This document shows positions 51,692-61,388 of a stretch of 64,000 bases of DNA, in pieces. The position numbers were made by a program, and so were the translations under genes. Under the pieces are notes generated by a model. It searched no databases and had not been told where the DNA came from. It was given only the letters and a program-made list of their open reading frames with translations. Source of the stretch: Vicinamibacteria bacterium (GTDB taxonomy: Bacteria; Acidobacteriota; Vicinamibacteria; Marinacidobacterales; Marinacidobacteraceae); NCBI GenBank assembly GCA_964291235.2, contig OZ219816.1:1408001-1472000 (forward strand), in the 5' to 3' direction. Position 1 is the first letter of the stretch, and the number at the start of each line of letters is the position of its first letter.

Positions 51692-51782
51692 CTTATGTCG
51701 TCGTCAACGCCCAGGGATGACGGAACACCCGCGTGCCTTCCTCCCTGCAGCACCACGGCCCATGAAGACCGGTGCTTCCCTG

Positions 51783-54251
51783 CTAGACCCCCGCCGCTTC
51801 CAGTTCCGCCAGCACGCGCTCCGGCCGGAGCGGCAGCCTTCGCATCCGCACCCCGGTCGCGTCGTGGACCGCGTTCGCGATGGCCGCCGGAACCGGCTTG
51901 TGCGACGGTTCGCCCGCTCCGTAGGGGCGGAGGTCCGGGCGGTCGGGGTTCGGGTCGCCGTTCACCACCACGATATCGATGCGCTCGGGCGCGTCCCGGT
52001 GCGTGAGCGTGGGGTGCGTGCGCCAGTCCACGCTGGTGACCTTCTCGCCGTCGAAGCGGACCTCCTCATAGAGCGTCCGGCTGATCCCGTGCAGGAGGTT
52101 CCCCTGGATGGTGTTCTCCAGGCCGTCGGGGTTGATCACCAGGCCGCAGTCGTGCGCGCAAACCATCCGCGGGACCCGCACCCGCCCGGTCTCGCGGTCA
52201 ATCTCGACCTCGGCGATCACCGCGATCGTGGTGCGGGCCCGATAGGTGTACGCGATGCCCCGCCCGGTGAGAAGGCGTCCGGCGCCGACGGTCCCGGGTG
52301 ACGGCCGGGCGTCCCATCCGTAGGCCTTGGCCGCCGCTTCGACCACCGCGATCGAGCGGGCCCGGCGGAAAACCTCGTCGTCCTCGGTGGCGCCCCGCAG
52401 GAGGCGCAGCCGGAAATCGACCGGGTCCGTGTCCGCGGCCGCAGCCAGCTCGTCGATGAACGACTCCCCGGCGAACGTCGTCTGCGGGCCGTTGGGGTCG
52501 CGCAGGTTGCCCGTGCGGAGCGGGGTCTCGAAGGCCAGCGGAAGGCGGACCGCCCGCGTCTCCTCACGCCGGTTCGGGACGTGGTACATGTCGTCCGGCC
52601 CGCGGGCGCCCCCGGGGGACGGCCGCTCGGGCCGGAGCCCCATCAGTTGCGCGATGAGCACGGTCCGGGCCTGGTTGTATCCGACGTGCGCGTAGTTGGC
52701 GATCCGGCCCTGATAGTCCAGCGCGATCAGGTTGCCGTCGGCGTCGAGCCCTCCCCGGAGGTCCATTGCGAAAGCGGGACCCTTGGTGTCCCACGCGGTC
52801 TCCTCGTGCCGCATCCACTGCACCCGAACGGGGCGGCCCAGTTCCTTCGCCAGGTAGGCGGCCTCGAAGCCCGCGTCGTCCGCTGCCGTGCGCCCGTAGA
52901 GCTGCGGCCCCTCCATCCAGATCACCCGCACCTGCTCCGGCGGCATGCCCAGGAACTCCGCGATCCCGGTCCGGTGGCTGTACGGCTTCATGTCGTTGGT
53001 GTAGATCGTCATCTGGCCGTCCGCAGGGTCGGCCAGGGCGTGGGCGGGCCCGATCGCCGTGTGTCCCTGGAAGGGGACGTCGTAGGCGGCCTCGACAACG
53101 GTCGCGGCGCTCGCCAGGGCCCCGTCGGGATCTCCCTCAACCTCCGCCGCCCCGCGTCCGCCCGCGTCCGGCTCCGGCTCCGTGCTCCGCAGGTAGTCGA
53201 AGAGGTCGTCGGACGCCGGGAAGGGCGCCGCGGCGGGCTTTTCCCAGGTGACGGAAAGACGCCTTGCCGCGTCGATCGCCTGCTCTTCGCGCTCGCACAC
53301 GACCGCGACGTAGTTGCCCTTGCTCACCACCCGGATGAGGCCGGGCACCTCGCTTACCGATGACTCGTCGATCCCCGTCAGCGTCGCGCCGGCAAAGGGC
53401 GGGCGCACGTTGCGGGCGTGGACCATCCCCGGGAGGCTGACGTCAACGGCCCACTCGAACGATCCATCGACCTTGGCGGGGATGTCGTAGCGCGGAATCG
53501 ACTGGCCGACGAGTTTCAGGTCCTGCACCGGCTTGATGCTCGCGACGCCGGTGGTCTCGTTGATGCCCGCGCCCGTCAGCGCGACATCGAAGCGGCGCCC
53601 GCCGACCAGCTCGCCGTAGGTCACCCTCCGCGAGGGATCCCCGTGCAGCGAGACCACGCCTTCGCTCACCCGGAGTTCCTCCACCGGCACGCCGAACCGC
53701 TCCGACGCCATTTCCAGCAGCACCCGCCGGGCCTCCGCCGCGATCCGGCGCCCGACCATCGCGTCGCGTTCGATCGCGTCCGAGCCGCCCGAGCCGCCCT
53801 GGTCCACGGTCAGGTCGGTGCGTCCCATGACCACCGTGGCCTGGTCGAAGGCGAGGTCGAGCTCGTCGCACATCATCTGCCGGGTGGCGGTCCCGGTCCC
53901 CTGCCCGCCATCGGTCTTGCCGACGTAGAAGGTCGCGCTGCCGTCCTCGTGGACGACCAGCCAGGAGTCGAGCTGGAGGAAGTCGGGATCGGGATAGGCA
54001 CCGGACTCCGCCAGCTGGGAGCCGAAAGCCTGGCGGGCCGCCCCGGCGGCGCCCACCGCGCTCAGGCCGAACACGAAGAGTCCCGAGGTCTTGAGGAAAT
54101 CGCGCCGGGAAGCGGTCCCGCCCCAGCGCCGGAGCGCGCGGTCGATCGAGTTCGCGGCCTGCCGGTCGGGGGCCGCGGGCCCGCTGGCCACGGGGCCACC
54201 GGGTTCGCCGGCCGGATCCGGCCCTCTTCGGGGGTCGCGCCCGGCCTTCAT
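51783..54251 (-). CDS. Xanthine dehydrogenase-family molybdopterin-binding subunit (IorB/aldehyde oxidoreductase-like), Tat-exported
   Basis: SRRDFLK Tat motif, GKTDGGQG, GGSGGS, AHDCGLVINPDG..QG and GAGEP...PAAIANAV.DATGVR.R.LP motifs. Confidence 0.9.
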   Translation of the reverse strand: MKAGRDPRRGPDPAGEPGGPVASGPAAPDRQAANSIDRALRRWGGTASRRDFLKTSGLFVFGLSAVGAAGAARQAFGSQLAESGAYPDPDFLQLDSWLVVHEDGSATFYVGKTDGGQGTGTATRQMMCDELDLAFDQATVVMGRTDLTVDQGGSGGSDAIERDAMVGRRIAAEARRVLLEMASERFGVPVEELRVSEGVVSLHGDPSRRVTYGELVGGRRFDVALTGAGINETTGVASIKPVQDLKLVGQSIPRYDIPAKVDGSFEWAVDVSLPGMVHARNVRPPFAGATLTGIDESSVSEVPGLIRVVSKGNYVAVVCEREEQAIDAARRLSVTWEKPAAAPFPASDDLFDYLRSTEPEPDAGGRGAAEVEGDPDGALASAATVVEAAYDVPFQGHTAIGPAHALADPADGQMTIYTNDMKPYSHRTGIAEFLGMPPEQVRVIWMEGPQLYGRTAADDAGFEAAYLAKELGRPVRVQWMRHEETAWDTKGPAFAMDLRGGLDADGNLIALDYQGRIANYAHVGYNQARTVLIAQLMGLRPERPSPGGARGPDDMYHVPNRREETRAVRLPLAFETPLRTGNLRDPNGPQTTFAGESFIDELAAAADTDPVDFRLRLLRGATEDDEVFRRARSIAVVEAAAKAYGWDARPSPGTVGAGRLLTGRGIAYTYRARTTIAVIAEVEIDRETGRVRVPRMVCAHDCGLVINPDGLENTIQGNLLHGISRTLYEEVRFDGEKVTSVDWRTHPTLTHRDAPERIDIVVVNGDPNPDRPDLRPYGAGEPSHKPVPAAIANAVHDATGVRMRRLPLRPERVLAELEAAGV

Positions 54252-54727
54252 CGGTCCGCCTCCGTCTGGGTCATTGCCGCCGCGGCGCGCTTCACCGCGG
54301 ACTGGATCCGGAAGTAGGTCATGCAACGGCACAGAATCGCGTTCATGCCCTCCCGGATCTCGGCGTCGGTCGGATTCGGGGTGGCCTCGAGCAGCGCCGC
54401 GGCAGCGAGGATCTGACCGTTCTGGCAGAACCCGCACTGCGGCACCTGCTCGTCGATCCAGGCTTGCTGGACGGGGTGCAGTTCCCCATTCTCGGGAAGC
54501 CCCTCCAGGGTCGTGATCTCGCCGCTCGTTCGCGAAACCGGCAGGATGCACGAGCGGATCGGGCGGCCGTCCATCAGCACCGTGCACGTCCCGCACTGGG
54601 CAAGGCCGCACCCGAAGCGCGGGCCCCGCAGACCGAGATCGTTCCGCAGCACGTACAGCAGCGGCGCCTGTGGATCGACGTCGAGCGTATGGGTCTCGCC
54701 GTTGACCCTGAGCGTGGTCTCTGTCAT
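54248..54727 (-). CDS. (2Fe-2S)-binding small subunit (IorA/CoxS-like)
   Basis: FGCGLAQCGTCTV...SC, QCGFCQNG and CRC motifs. Confidence 0.95.
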   Translation of the reverse strand: MTETTLRVNGETHTLDVDPQAPLLYVLRNDLGLRGPRFGCGLAQCGTCTVLMDGRPIRSCILPVSRTSGEITTLEGLPENGELHPVQQAWIDEQVPQCGFCQNGQILAAAALLEATPNPTDAEIREGMNAILCRCMTYFRIQSAVKRAAAAMTQTEADR

Positions 54728-54847
54728 CGCCGTGTTCTCCCTCCGCGCGAAAGATCCTCGGTGCGGCAGCCGGCCGGCACCCGGTTCGATTCTACGGCCT
54801 ACCCTGTCGATCCCGTGGGCCGCGCGAAGGTCGGTGCCCCCGGTCGC

Positions 54848-55408
54848 CTAGCGAAGACTCCCGACTCGTTCGAACGTCATCGCGTTCCCGCTCGGGAAGA
54901 ACAGGGTCAGGCGGTTCCCCTCGACCGCCACCTCGCAGGGTTCCCGGTGATTCCGGTCGGCTTCCTCCGCCGAACGGAACGCCATCGCCAGCGGTGCGGC
55001 GGGGAGCGGCCCGGCCGCTTCACCCGCCGAGAGATGAAACTGGTGGGTGAGAACCAGCGACTTGCCGTCGCGGGACCACGCGCCACCCTCGGCGGACCCA
55101 CGGAGGGCCTCCCCGTCCTCGCCGGTCACGAAGAAGTTGACGAACCACTCGCCGCTGCGGCCGTCGGCTTCGCTGGCGAGGAAAACGATTCTCCCGTCCA
55201 CCGGAAGCTCCTCGCCTGCCGCCAGTTGGTAGCCGCGCGGGCGCCAGGGTCCGACAATCGGATCCACCGCCGCCACGGCCGACTGCCCGGCAGAATCGGG
55301 GGCGGACGGCGCCTCCACCGTCCCGTCCGCGCCGAGCCCGGCCAGGCTGGAGGCGAGCAACAGGGAACCGGCAAGGACCGCAAGAGAAGAAGGACGATTC
55401 GACCGCAT
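54848..55408 (-). CDS. Secreted lipocalin-like beta-barrel protein (hypothetical)
   Basis: Signal peptide, IVGPW (G-x-W lipocalin-like start), beta-rich body and LTL...MTFER tail; co-oriented upstream of the Fe-S gene. Confidence 0.55.
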   Translation of the reverse strand: MRSNRPSSLAVLAGSLLLASSLAGLGADGTVEAPSAPDSAGQSAVAAVDPIVGPWRPRGYQLAAGEELPVDGRIVFLASEADGRSGEWFVNFFVTGEDGEALRGSAEGGAWSRDGKSLVLTHQFHLSAGEAAGPLPAAPLAMAFRSAEEADRNHREPCEVAVEGNRLTLFFPSGNAMTFERVGSLR

Positions 55409-55533
55409 AGGCGAGGAAGGCTATCCGCTTCCCGGGCTCGAGTCCCGGGGAGCGCGCCGGCGCGGCGGGCAGCGCCGCCCGCCCCGCGGCGCCGGCTGAG
55501 TCCGCCCCTCCCAACGGGTAATCTTCCGGTGCC

Positions 55534-56475
55534 ATGAGCGCCATGGGGATAGGGATTCCACGCTGCCTCCTCGCCGCCGGCCTGTTTGTCACTTTGGCCT
55601 CGCTGCCGGCCTGCAGTCTCGTCTCCAACGTGGCGGTGAACTCCATTGCGGCACTGCTGGCCGAGGGCGAGGCGGTCTTCCGTTCGGATGACGACCTCGA
55701 TCTGGTCAAGGCGCCGCTCGCGAACAACATCTGGCTCATGGAGACGATGCTGGTGACGAACCCGGAGCATCGCGACGTGCTCCTGAGCGCCACCAAGGGA
55801 TTCCTGCTGTTCACGTACGGATTCGTCGAACCCGACCTCTTCGAGCTCGATTTCACCCAGTTCGAGGAGAAACAGGCGGTCCGGCGGCGGGCGGCCCGGC
55901 TCTACCGGCGCGCCGTCGCCTACGGCATGCGGGGAATGGCAGTGAACCATCCAGGAATCGAGGAGCGCCTCCGGCGCAATCCGGAAGCGGCGGCCGCCGA
56001 ACTCGAACTGGAAGACGCCGCGCTGGCGCTTTGGACCGGCACCGCCCTCGGCGCGTGGATCGCGATGGACACGGACAACCCGGAGGCCACCGCGGACCTC
56101 GGCCTGATGGGCGCCCTGCTCCACCGTTCGCGCGAGCTCGACGACACCGTTGACGACGGGGTGGTGTACGACTACCTCAGCCTCTACGAGGTGTCCCGGA
56201 TCGGGGGCTCCATCGAAAAGGCGCGGGAGTACTACGAGCACGCCCTCGATATCGGACCGGAGCGCTGGCCGGTACTCTGGACCAGCTGGGCCGAATCCGG
56301 GTCCGTCGCGAGTGGAGATCGGGAGGAATTCGAAACCCTGCTGCGGCAGGCGCTCGACTTCGACCTCGACGACGAGCCCGGTTCGCGCCTCGTCAACCAG
56401 GTGGCCCAGGTGCGGGCGGCCTGGTTCCTGGAAAACGTCGCGGAGTACTTCCTCGACGACATGCAGAATCCGTAG
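55534..56475 (+). CDS. TRAP transporter TatT component family lipoprotein (TPAT T component)
   Basis: Lipobox LPAC, DDLDLV..., YGFVE, RAARLYRRA..YG and GGSIEKAREYYEHAL (TPR-like); directly upstream of dctP. Confidence 0.82.
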   Translation: MSAMGIGIPRCLLAAGLFVTLASLPACSLVSNVAVNSIAALLAEGEAVFRSDDDLDLVKAPLANNIWLMETMLVTNPEHRDVLLSATKGFLLFTYGFVEPDLFELDFTQFEEKQAVRRRAARLYRRAVAYGMRGMAVNHPGIEERLRRNPEAAAAELELEDAALALWTGTALGAWIAMDTDNPEATADLGLMGALLHRSRELDDTVDDGVVYDYLSLYEVSRIGGSIEKAREYYEHALDIGPERWPVLWTSWAESGSVASGDREEFETLLRQALDFDLDDEPGSRLVNQVAQVRAAWFLENVAEYFLDDMQNP

Positions 56476-56487
56476 GGGAATTCCGAT

Positions 56488-57519
56488 ATGCGCAACCTCA
56501 GGAAATGGCTCACCACGGGGCGCCGCGCGGCTTTCGCCGGCTCCTGCCTCGCCCTCCTGCTGCCGGCGGCCGCCGCCGAAGCTCGGGTCAACCTCCGCCT
56601 CGCGACCGTCGCGCCGCGGGGATCGGCGTATCACCTGATCCTCGACAAGATGGCCGCCGAAATCGGCCGCGAGACCGGTGGCGAGGTCCGGATCCGGATC
56701 ATCGCCGGAGGCGCCGCCGGCGACGAGACCGCGATGATCAGCAAGATGCGGATCGGTCAGGTCCAGATGGCCGCGGTCTCCAACGTCGGGCTCGCGGAAC
56801 TGGATCCGAGCGCCTGGACGCTCTCGATTCCCATGGTATTCCGCGACTACCGGGAATGGGACCACGTCCGGGAGGCCATGAACCCGACCATCGCGGAAAC
56901 GCTTCGCGGGCACGGGTTCCAGGTGATCGCCTGGGCCGACATCGGCTGGCTCCACTTCTTCGCCAGCGACCCCGTCCATACCCTGGAAGACCTGCAGCAA
57001 CTGAAGTTGGCGGGCGCTTCCAACGACCAGACCGTCCTCGATCTCCTGCGCTGGTCAGGCTTCGATCCCGTCCAGATCAACTCGGTCGAACTCGTGAGCG
57101 GCTTCCAGACCGGACTCATCGAGGCGGTTCCGCTGCCCATCGTCCTTGCGGAGGGATCCCAGATCTACCGCTCGGCCAAATTCATGAACGACCTGCCCTG
57201 GGCGCCGATGCAGGGCGCCATCATCGTGCACGAGCAGGGCTGGGAAAGGCTCGACGCGTCCCAGCAGGAAGTGGTGCTCCGCAAGAGCAACGAGGCGGCG
57301 GTCTCGTTCCGCGCAACCAACCGCGAGCAGGAGCAGAAGTCGCTCGAGGCGATGAAGTCGCGGGGCCTCGAGGTGATCGAGGCGTCCTCCGAGTTCGAGA
57401 CTGCCTGGATGGAGACCGCGGAAAAGCTCTTTCCCCTGGTCCGGGAGCAGCTTGTTTCGCCTCCGGTGTTCGACCGCATGATCCAGTTGCGCGATGAGTA
57501 CCGGGCCACCAATGAGTAG
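56488..57519 (+). CDS. dctP: TRAP substrate-binding protein DctP (TatP type)
   Basis: Signal peptide, LRLATVAPRGS, GG.AGDE..MISKMRIGQ and LEDLQQLKL motifs. Confidence 0.9.
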   Translation: MRNLRKWLTTGRRAAFAGSCLALLLPAAAAEARVNLRLATVAPRGSAYHLILDKMAAEIGRETGGEVRIRIIAGGAAGDETAMISKMRIGQVQMAAVSNVGLAELDPSAWTLSIPMVFRDYREWDHVREAMNPTIAETLRGHGFQVIAWADIGWLHFFASDPVHTLEDLQQLKLAGASNDQTVLDLLRWSGFDPVQINSVELVSGFQTGLIEAVPLPIVLAEGSQIYRSAKFMNDLPWAPMQGAIIVHEQGWERLDASQQEVVLRKSNEAAVSFRATNREQEQKSLEAMKSRGLEVIEASSEFETAWMETAEKLFPLVREQLVSPPVFDRMIQLRDEYRATNE

Positions 57520-57560
57520 ATCCCGCCCGGGGTCGGCCCGCTGAACCCAGCCGGAGAAAC

Positions 57561-59435
57561 ATGAGTCCCGACGGGGCGGCCACCGTTCCCGACAGCGGCG
57601 CGAACGCGCCGGAAGCCGCGCCCGCGCCCCCGCGGAGTCGCCTCGCCGTTTTCGAGGACGCGATATCCGTCGGCGCCCTCGTCCTCATGGCGGCGATCCC
57701 GATCGTCGAGGCGCTCATCCGGCCGGTCTATCCGACGGGCATCCCGGGCTCCTCGATGTGGGTGCAGCACCTCACTCTCTGGGTCGCCTTCCTGGGGGCG
57801 GCGGTGGCGTCCCGGCGGGGCGAGCTGCTCTCGCTGAGCGCCGGCCCGAGCATGGTGTCGGATGTCTGGAAACCGCGCCTTCTGTCGCTTTCCGGGGCGG
57901 TCGGGGTCGTGGTGTCGGTGGCACTCGCGTATGCCAGCGTGGTGCTGGTCCGGGCCGAGTGGGAAGGCGGCCGGGAGCTGGCGCTCGGCGTTCCGGTGTG
58001 GATCGCCGCGGCGGTCATGCCGGTCGGCTTCGTGCTCATCGGCTGGCGGCTCTGGCGCCGGATCCCGACCCGCTGGGGCCGGTGGGCGGCGGTCCTCGGG
58101 CTCGCCATTCCCCTGCTGCTCCACGAGGGGTTCACCGGGTGGGATCTCACCGAGAGCGGCATCGAATGGCCCCTGCTGGCCCTCGTCCTGATTGCCACCG
58201 CGTTCGGGGCGCCGATCTTCGTGGCGCTCGGCGGCGCCGCCGCGGTGCTGCTGTGGGGCAACTGGGATCCAGTCTCGGCGATTCCTGCCGAGGCCTACAG
58301 CATGGTCACGAAACCCATGCTCCCGACCATCCCGCTCTTTACCCTCGCGGGCTACATCCTCGCGGAGGGCGGCGCCCCGAAACGCCTCGTGGTGCTCTTC
58401 CGCGGAGTCTTCGGCTGGATGCCGGGCGGGGTCGCGGTGGTCGCGATCGTGATGTCGGCGTTCTTCACCTGTTTCACCGGGGGCAGCGGCGTCACCATCC
58501 TGGCAATGGGCGGGCTCATGTTCCCCCTGCTGCTCGCGGACGGCCACCGCCCCAAGTTCGCGACCGGACTGCTCACCGCGGCGGGCTCTCTCGGCCTCCT
58601 CATTCCGCCCTCGGTAGCGGTCATCCTCTACGCAATCGTCGCCGAAGTGGACATTCCGCGGCTTTTCGTGGCCGGACTGATCCCTTCGGCCCTCCAGATC
58701 GTGCTGGTTGCCGGGTTCACCATCCTGGTGACCCGGCGCTTCGCGGGAAACACGTCGCCCTTCCGGATCCGCGAGGCGGCGCAGGCGCTGTGGACCGCGA
58801 AATGGGAGGCGTCCATCCCGGTCGTGGTCATCGGCGTGATGCTCGGGGGATTCGCGACGCTCGTGGAGGCGGCCGCCATCACCGTCCTCTACGCCCTGTT
58901 CATCGAGTTCGTGGTCCACCGCGAGGGGAAGTCGTTCTCCGATCTCGTTCGCACCGGGGCCAATGCGGTGACCCTGATCGGCGGCGTACTGCTCATCCTG
59001 GGCGCCGCCCTCGGGCTCACGAACTACCTGATCTTCGCCGACATCCCGGGGACGGCGATCGATTGGGTGCAGTCGTTCGTGGACTCCCCCCTCTTCTTCC
59101 TGCTGCTGCTGAACATCTTCTTGCTGATCGTCGGCTGTCTCATGGACATCTATTCGGCCATCGTGGTCGTCGTACCGCTGGTCGCGCCCCTCGGACTCGC
59201 GTTTGGCATCGACCCGCTCCATCTCGGGGTCATTTTCCTGACGAACCTCGAACTCGGGTACCTCACGCCGCCGGTGGGCATGAACCTCTTCCTCGCCTCG
59301 TACCGCTTCAAGCGCCCCCTTGGTGAGGTGTACCGCGCCTCCGTCCCGTTCCTGCTGATCCGGGCGGGAGCGGTGCTGCTCGTAACCTACGTGCCCTATC
59401 TGACGCTCGCCCTCCCCGGGCTAGTCTTCGACTAG
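57561..59435 (+). CDS. Fused TRAP small/large permease (DctQM)
   Basis: N-terminal DctQ (LTLWVAFLGAAVAS) plus DctM (IPLFTLAG, GSLGLLIPPS, GCLMD, LGYLTPPVGMNLF). Confidence 0.92.
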   Translation: MSPDGAATVPDSGANAPEAAPAPPRSRLAVFEDAISVGALVLMAAIPIVEALIRPVYPTGIPGSSMWVQHLTLWVAFLGAAVASRRGELLSLSAGPSMVSDVWKPRLLSLSGAVGVVVSVALAYASVVLVRAEWEGGRELALGVPVWIAAAVMPVGFVLIGWRLWRRIPTRWGRWAAVLGLAIPLLLHEGFTGWDLTESGIEWPLLALVLIATAFGAPIFVALGGAAAVLLWGNWDPVSAIPAEAYSMVTKPMLPTIPLFTLAGYILAEGGAPKRLVVLFRGVFGWMPGGVAVVAIVMSAFFTCFTGGSGVTILAMGGLMFPLLLADGHRPKFATGLLTAAGSLGLLIPPSVAVILYAIVAEVDIPRLFVAGLIPSALQIVLVAGFTILVTRRFAGNTSPFRIREAAQALWTAKWEASIPVVVIGVMLGGFATLVEAAAITVLYALFIEFVVHREGKSFSDLVRTGANAVTLIGGVLLILGAALGLTNYLIFADIPGTAIDWVQSFVDSPLFFLLLLNIFLLIVGCLMDIYSAIVVVVPLVAPLGLAFGIDPLHLGVIFLTNLELGYLTPPVGMNLFLASYRFKRPLGEVYRASVPFLLIRAGAVLLVTYVPYLTLALPGLVFD

Positions 59436-59464
59436 CACCCCGGCGAACCGCCGGAAAGCGGGCC

Positions 59465-60724
59465 ATGGACTTCGAAGTCGCCGACCGGAACCGGAAACGC
59501 CGGACCCGCCGCCTGTTGCTCGTCGGCGGTGGAATCGCGGCACTCGCCGTGGGGTTGCTCCTGGTCGGGAACCTCGCGCCCGGCGTGCCCGAAGTGAGCC
59601 GCTCGGTCGTCTGGACCGGCATCGTCGAGCGGGGGGAAATGGTGCGCCAGGTACGGGGCCCCGGCAGCCTGCAGGTGCCGCCGGAGCAGATCCGCTGGCT
59701 CGCCGCCGAGACCCGCGGGCGAGTGGAAGAACGGCGGGTTCTTCCGGGAACCCCGGTCGAAGCCGACACCGTGCTGCTCGTGCTCTCCAATCCCGAACTC
59801 GAACAGCAGACCCGCGAAGCCGCGCTCCAGCTCCGTGCGCAGGAAGCCGAACTCCGGCGGCTGCTGGATCAGACGCACTCCGACCTGCTGGAGCAGCAGA
59901 ACGCGGCCGGACAGCTCGCCTCGTCCTCGGCGCAGGCCCGGCGCCGCGCCGACGCCGACCGGAAGCTCTTCGAAGCGGGGCTGGTCGGAGAACTGATCCG
60001 GCGGCGGAGCGAGGTGAGCGCCGAAGAGCTCGAAACGCGCCACACGCTCGAGGAGGAGCGCCTCTCCATCCTCTCGGACTCCAGCAAGGCGCAACGCACC
60101 TCAAAGGAGGCGACCGTGGCGCGCTACCGGGCCGTATTGGCGCTTCGCCAGCGCCAGCTGACCGCCCTCACGGTACGGGCGGGGCGGACGGGAATCCTCC
60201 TGGCACTTCCGGTCGAAGTCGGCGAGGAAGTGACGCCCGGCCAAAATCTCGCGCGGGTGGCCGATCCCCAGGAACTGAAGGCGGTGCTGCGGATCGCCGA
60301 GACGCAGGCCCGCGACGTGGAGCCCGGTCAGGCGGCGCTCGTGGACACGCGGAACGGAGTCATCGCGGGCGTCGTTTCCCGGGTGGACCCCGGGGTGCGG
60401 GACGGGACGGTGGCGGTCGACATCCGCCTCTCCGGCACACCGCCCCGCGGGGCGCGTCCGGACCTTTCGGTGGACGGCACCATCGAACTCGATCGCATTC
60501 CGGACACCCTGCACGTCGGACGGCCCGCCTACGGCCAGCCGGGGAGCAACGTCGGGCTGTTCCGGCTCGCCTCCGACGGCCAGACCGCGGTTCGGGTTCC
60601 GGTCGAACTCGGGCGGGGTTCGGTCAACCGCATCGAAGTGCTCGGCGGTCTTGTCGAGGGCGACGAGATCATCCTGTCAGACACCTCGGCCTGGGACACC
60701 TGGGACGCCGTCCGCCTGCGGTGA
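59465..60724 (+). CDS. HlyD-family efflux periplasmic adaptor subunit
   Basis: N-terminal TM segment, VERGEMVRQVRGPG, coiled hairpin, RPDLSVDGTIEL and GLVEGDEIILSD motifs. Confidence 0.9.
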   Translation: MDFEVADRNRKRRTRRLLLVGGGIAALAVGLLLVGNLAPGVPEVSRSVVWTGIVERGEMVRQVRGPGSLQVPPEQIRWLAAETRGRVEERRVLPGTPVEADTVLLVLSNPELEQQTREAALQLRAQEAELRRLLDQTHSDLLEQQNAAGQLASSSAQARRRADADRKLFEAGLVGELIRRRSEVSAEELETRHTLEEERLSILSDSSKAQRTSKEATVARYRAVLALRQRQLTALTVRAGRTGILLALPVEVGEEVTPGQNLARVADPQELKAVLRIAETQARDVEPGQAALVDTRNGVIAGVVSRVDPGVRDGTVAVDIRLSGTPPRGARPDLSVDGTIELDRIPDTLHVGRPAYGQPGSNVGLFRLASDGQTAVRVPVELGRGSVNRIEVLGGLVEGDEIILSDTSAWDTWDAVRLR

Positions 60725-60748
60725 GGCGCCTCATCGCTCCCGCGGCGG

Positions 60749-61342
60749 TCAGGGCCGGCTGAGCGAGAGCACGATCCGCTCGGCAACCCAATCCGCAAGC
60801 GCCGCCGCTTCCCGTCCCTCGGGAACCGGGCGGCCGAGCGGAAACCGCTCGGCGAAGACATGCGGCGGATCGGAATCGCGCACCAGCAGAACGTCCAGAC
60901 GGATTCCGCCACCGCTCTCCCCCTCCTCCTCCGCGGGAGCGTTCCAGGAGGAACCGGGCCCCAGCGCCCCGCCCGGACCCGATTCCAGGCTGCCCACGAG
61001 CACGTAGTCCGCACCGAGCCGGGCGGCGATGCCGACCAGGCCTTCCTCGCGCTCCGCTGGGCCGAATGCGGGACGCAGCCGGCGCGCCGAGAGCTCGAAG
61101 ATGCGGTCGGGCTCGGCCTCCAGGCGGGTGCGCACCGATTCCGTCAACTGCCGCGCGAGGGCAGTGAACTCGCCCTCGCCGGTGCCGTTGTCGAAGTCCG
61201 GTACCAGCAGGACCGGACGGGCTACCGGGTCCGGCCGGCGGATCGCGGCCGGCTTGCCGCGGACGGCCAGCAGGCCGAGCCCCGTCCCGAGAACCACGAT
61301 CCCCGCGACCACGAAGAATCCCCTGGGGACCTGTCTGCTCAC
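60749..61342 (-). CDS. Membrane-anchored TolB_N/FlgO-like domain protein
   Basis: TM segment followed by VLLVPDFDNGTG...LARQLTE..., IAARLGADYVLVGSL and IRLDVLLVR..HVFAERF. Start uncertain (GTG 61342). Confidence 0.6.
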   Translation of the reverse strand: MSRQVPRGFFVVAGIVVLGTGLGLLAVRGKPAAIRRPDPVARPVLLVPDFDNGTGEGEFTALARQLTESVRTRLEAEPDRIFELSARRLRPAFGPAEREEGLVGIAARLGADYVLVGSLESGPGGALGPGSSWNAPAEEEGESGGGIRLDVLLVRDSDPPHVFAERFPLGRPVPEGREAAALADWVAERIVLSLSRP

Positions 61343-61388
61343 CTTGCCCGCGGACGCTAGCGCAGCGATCATTAGCACCGACTCCGCC

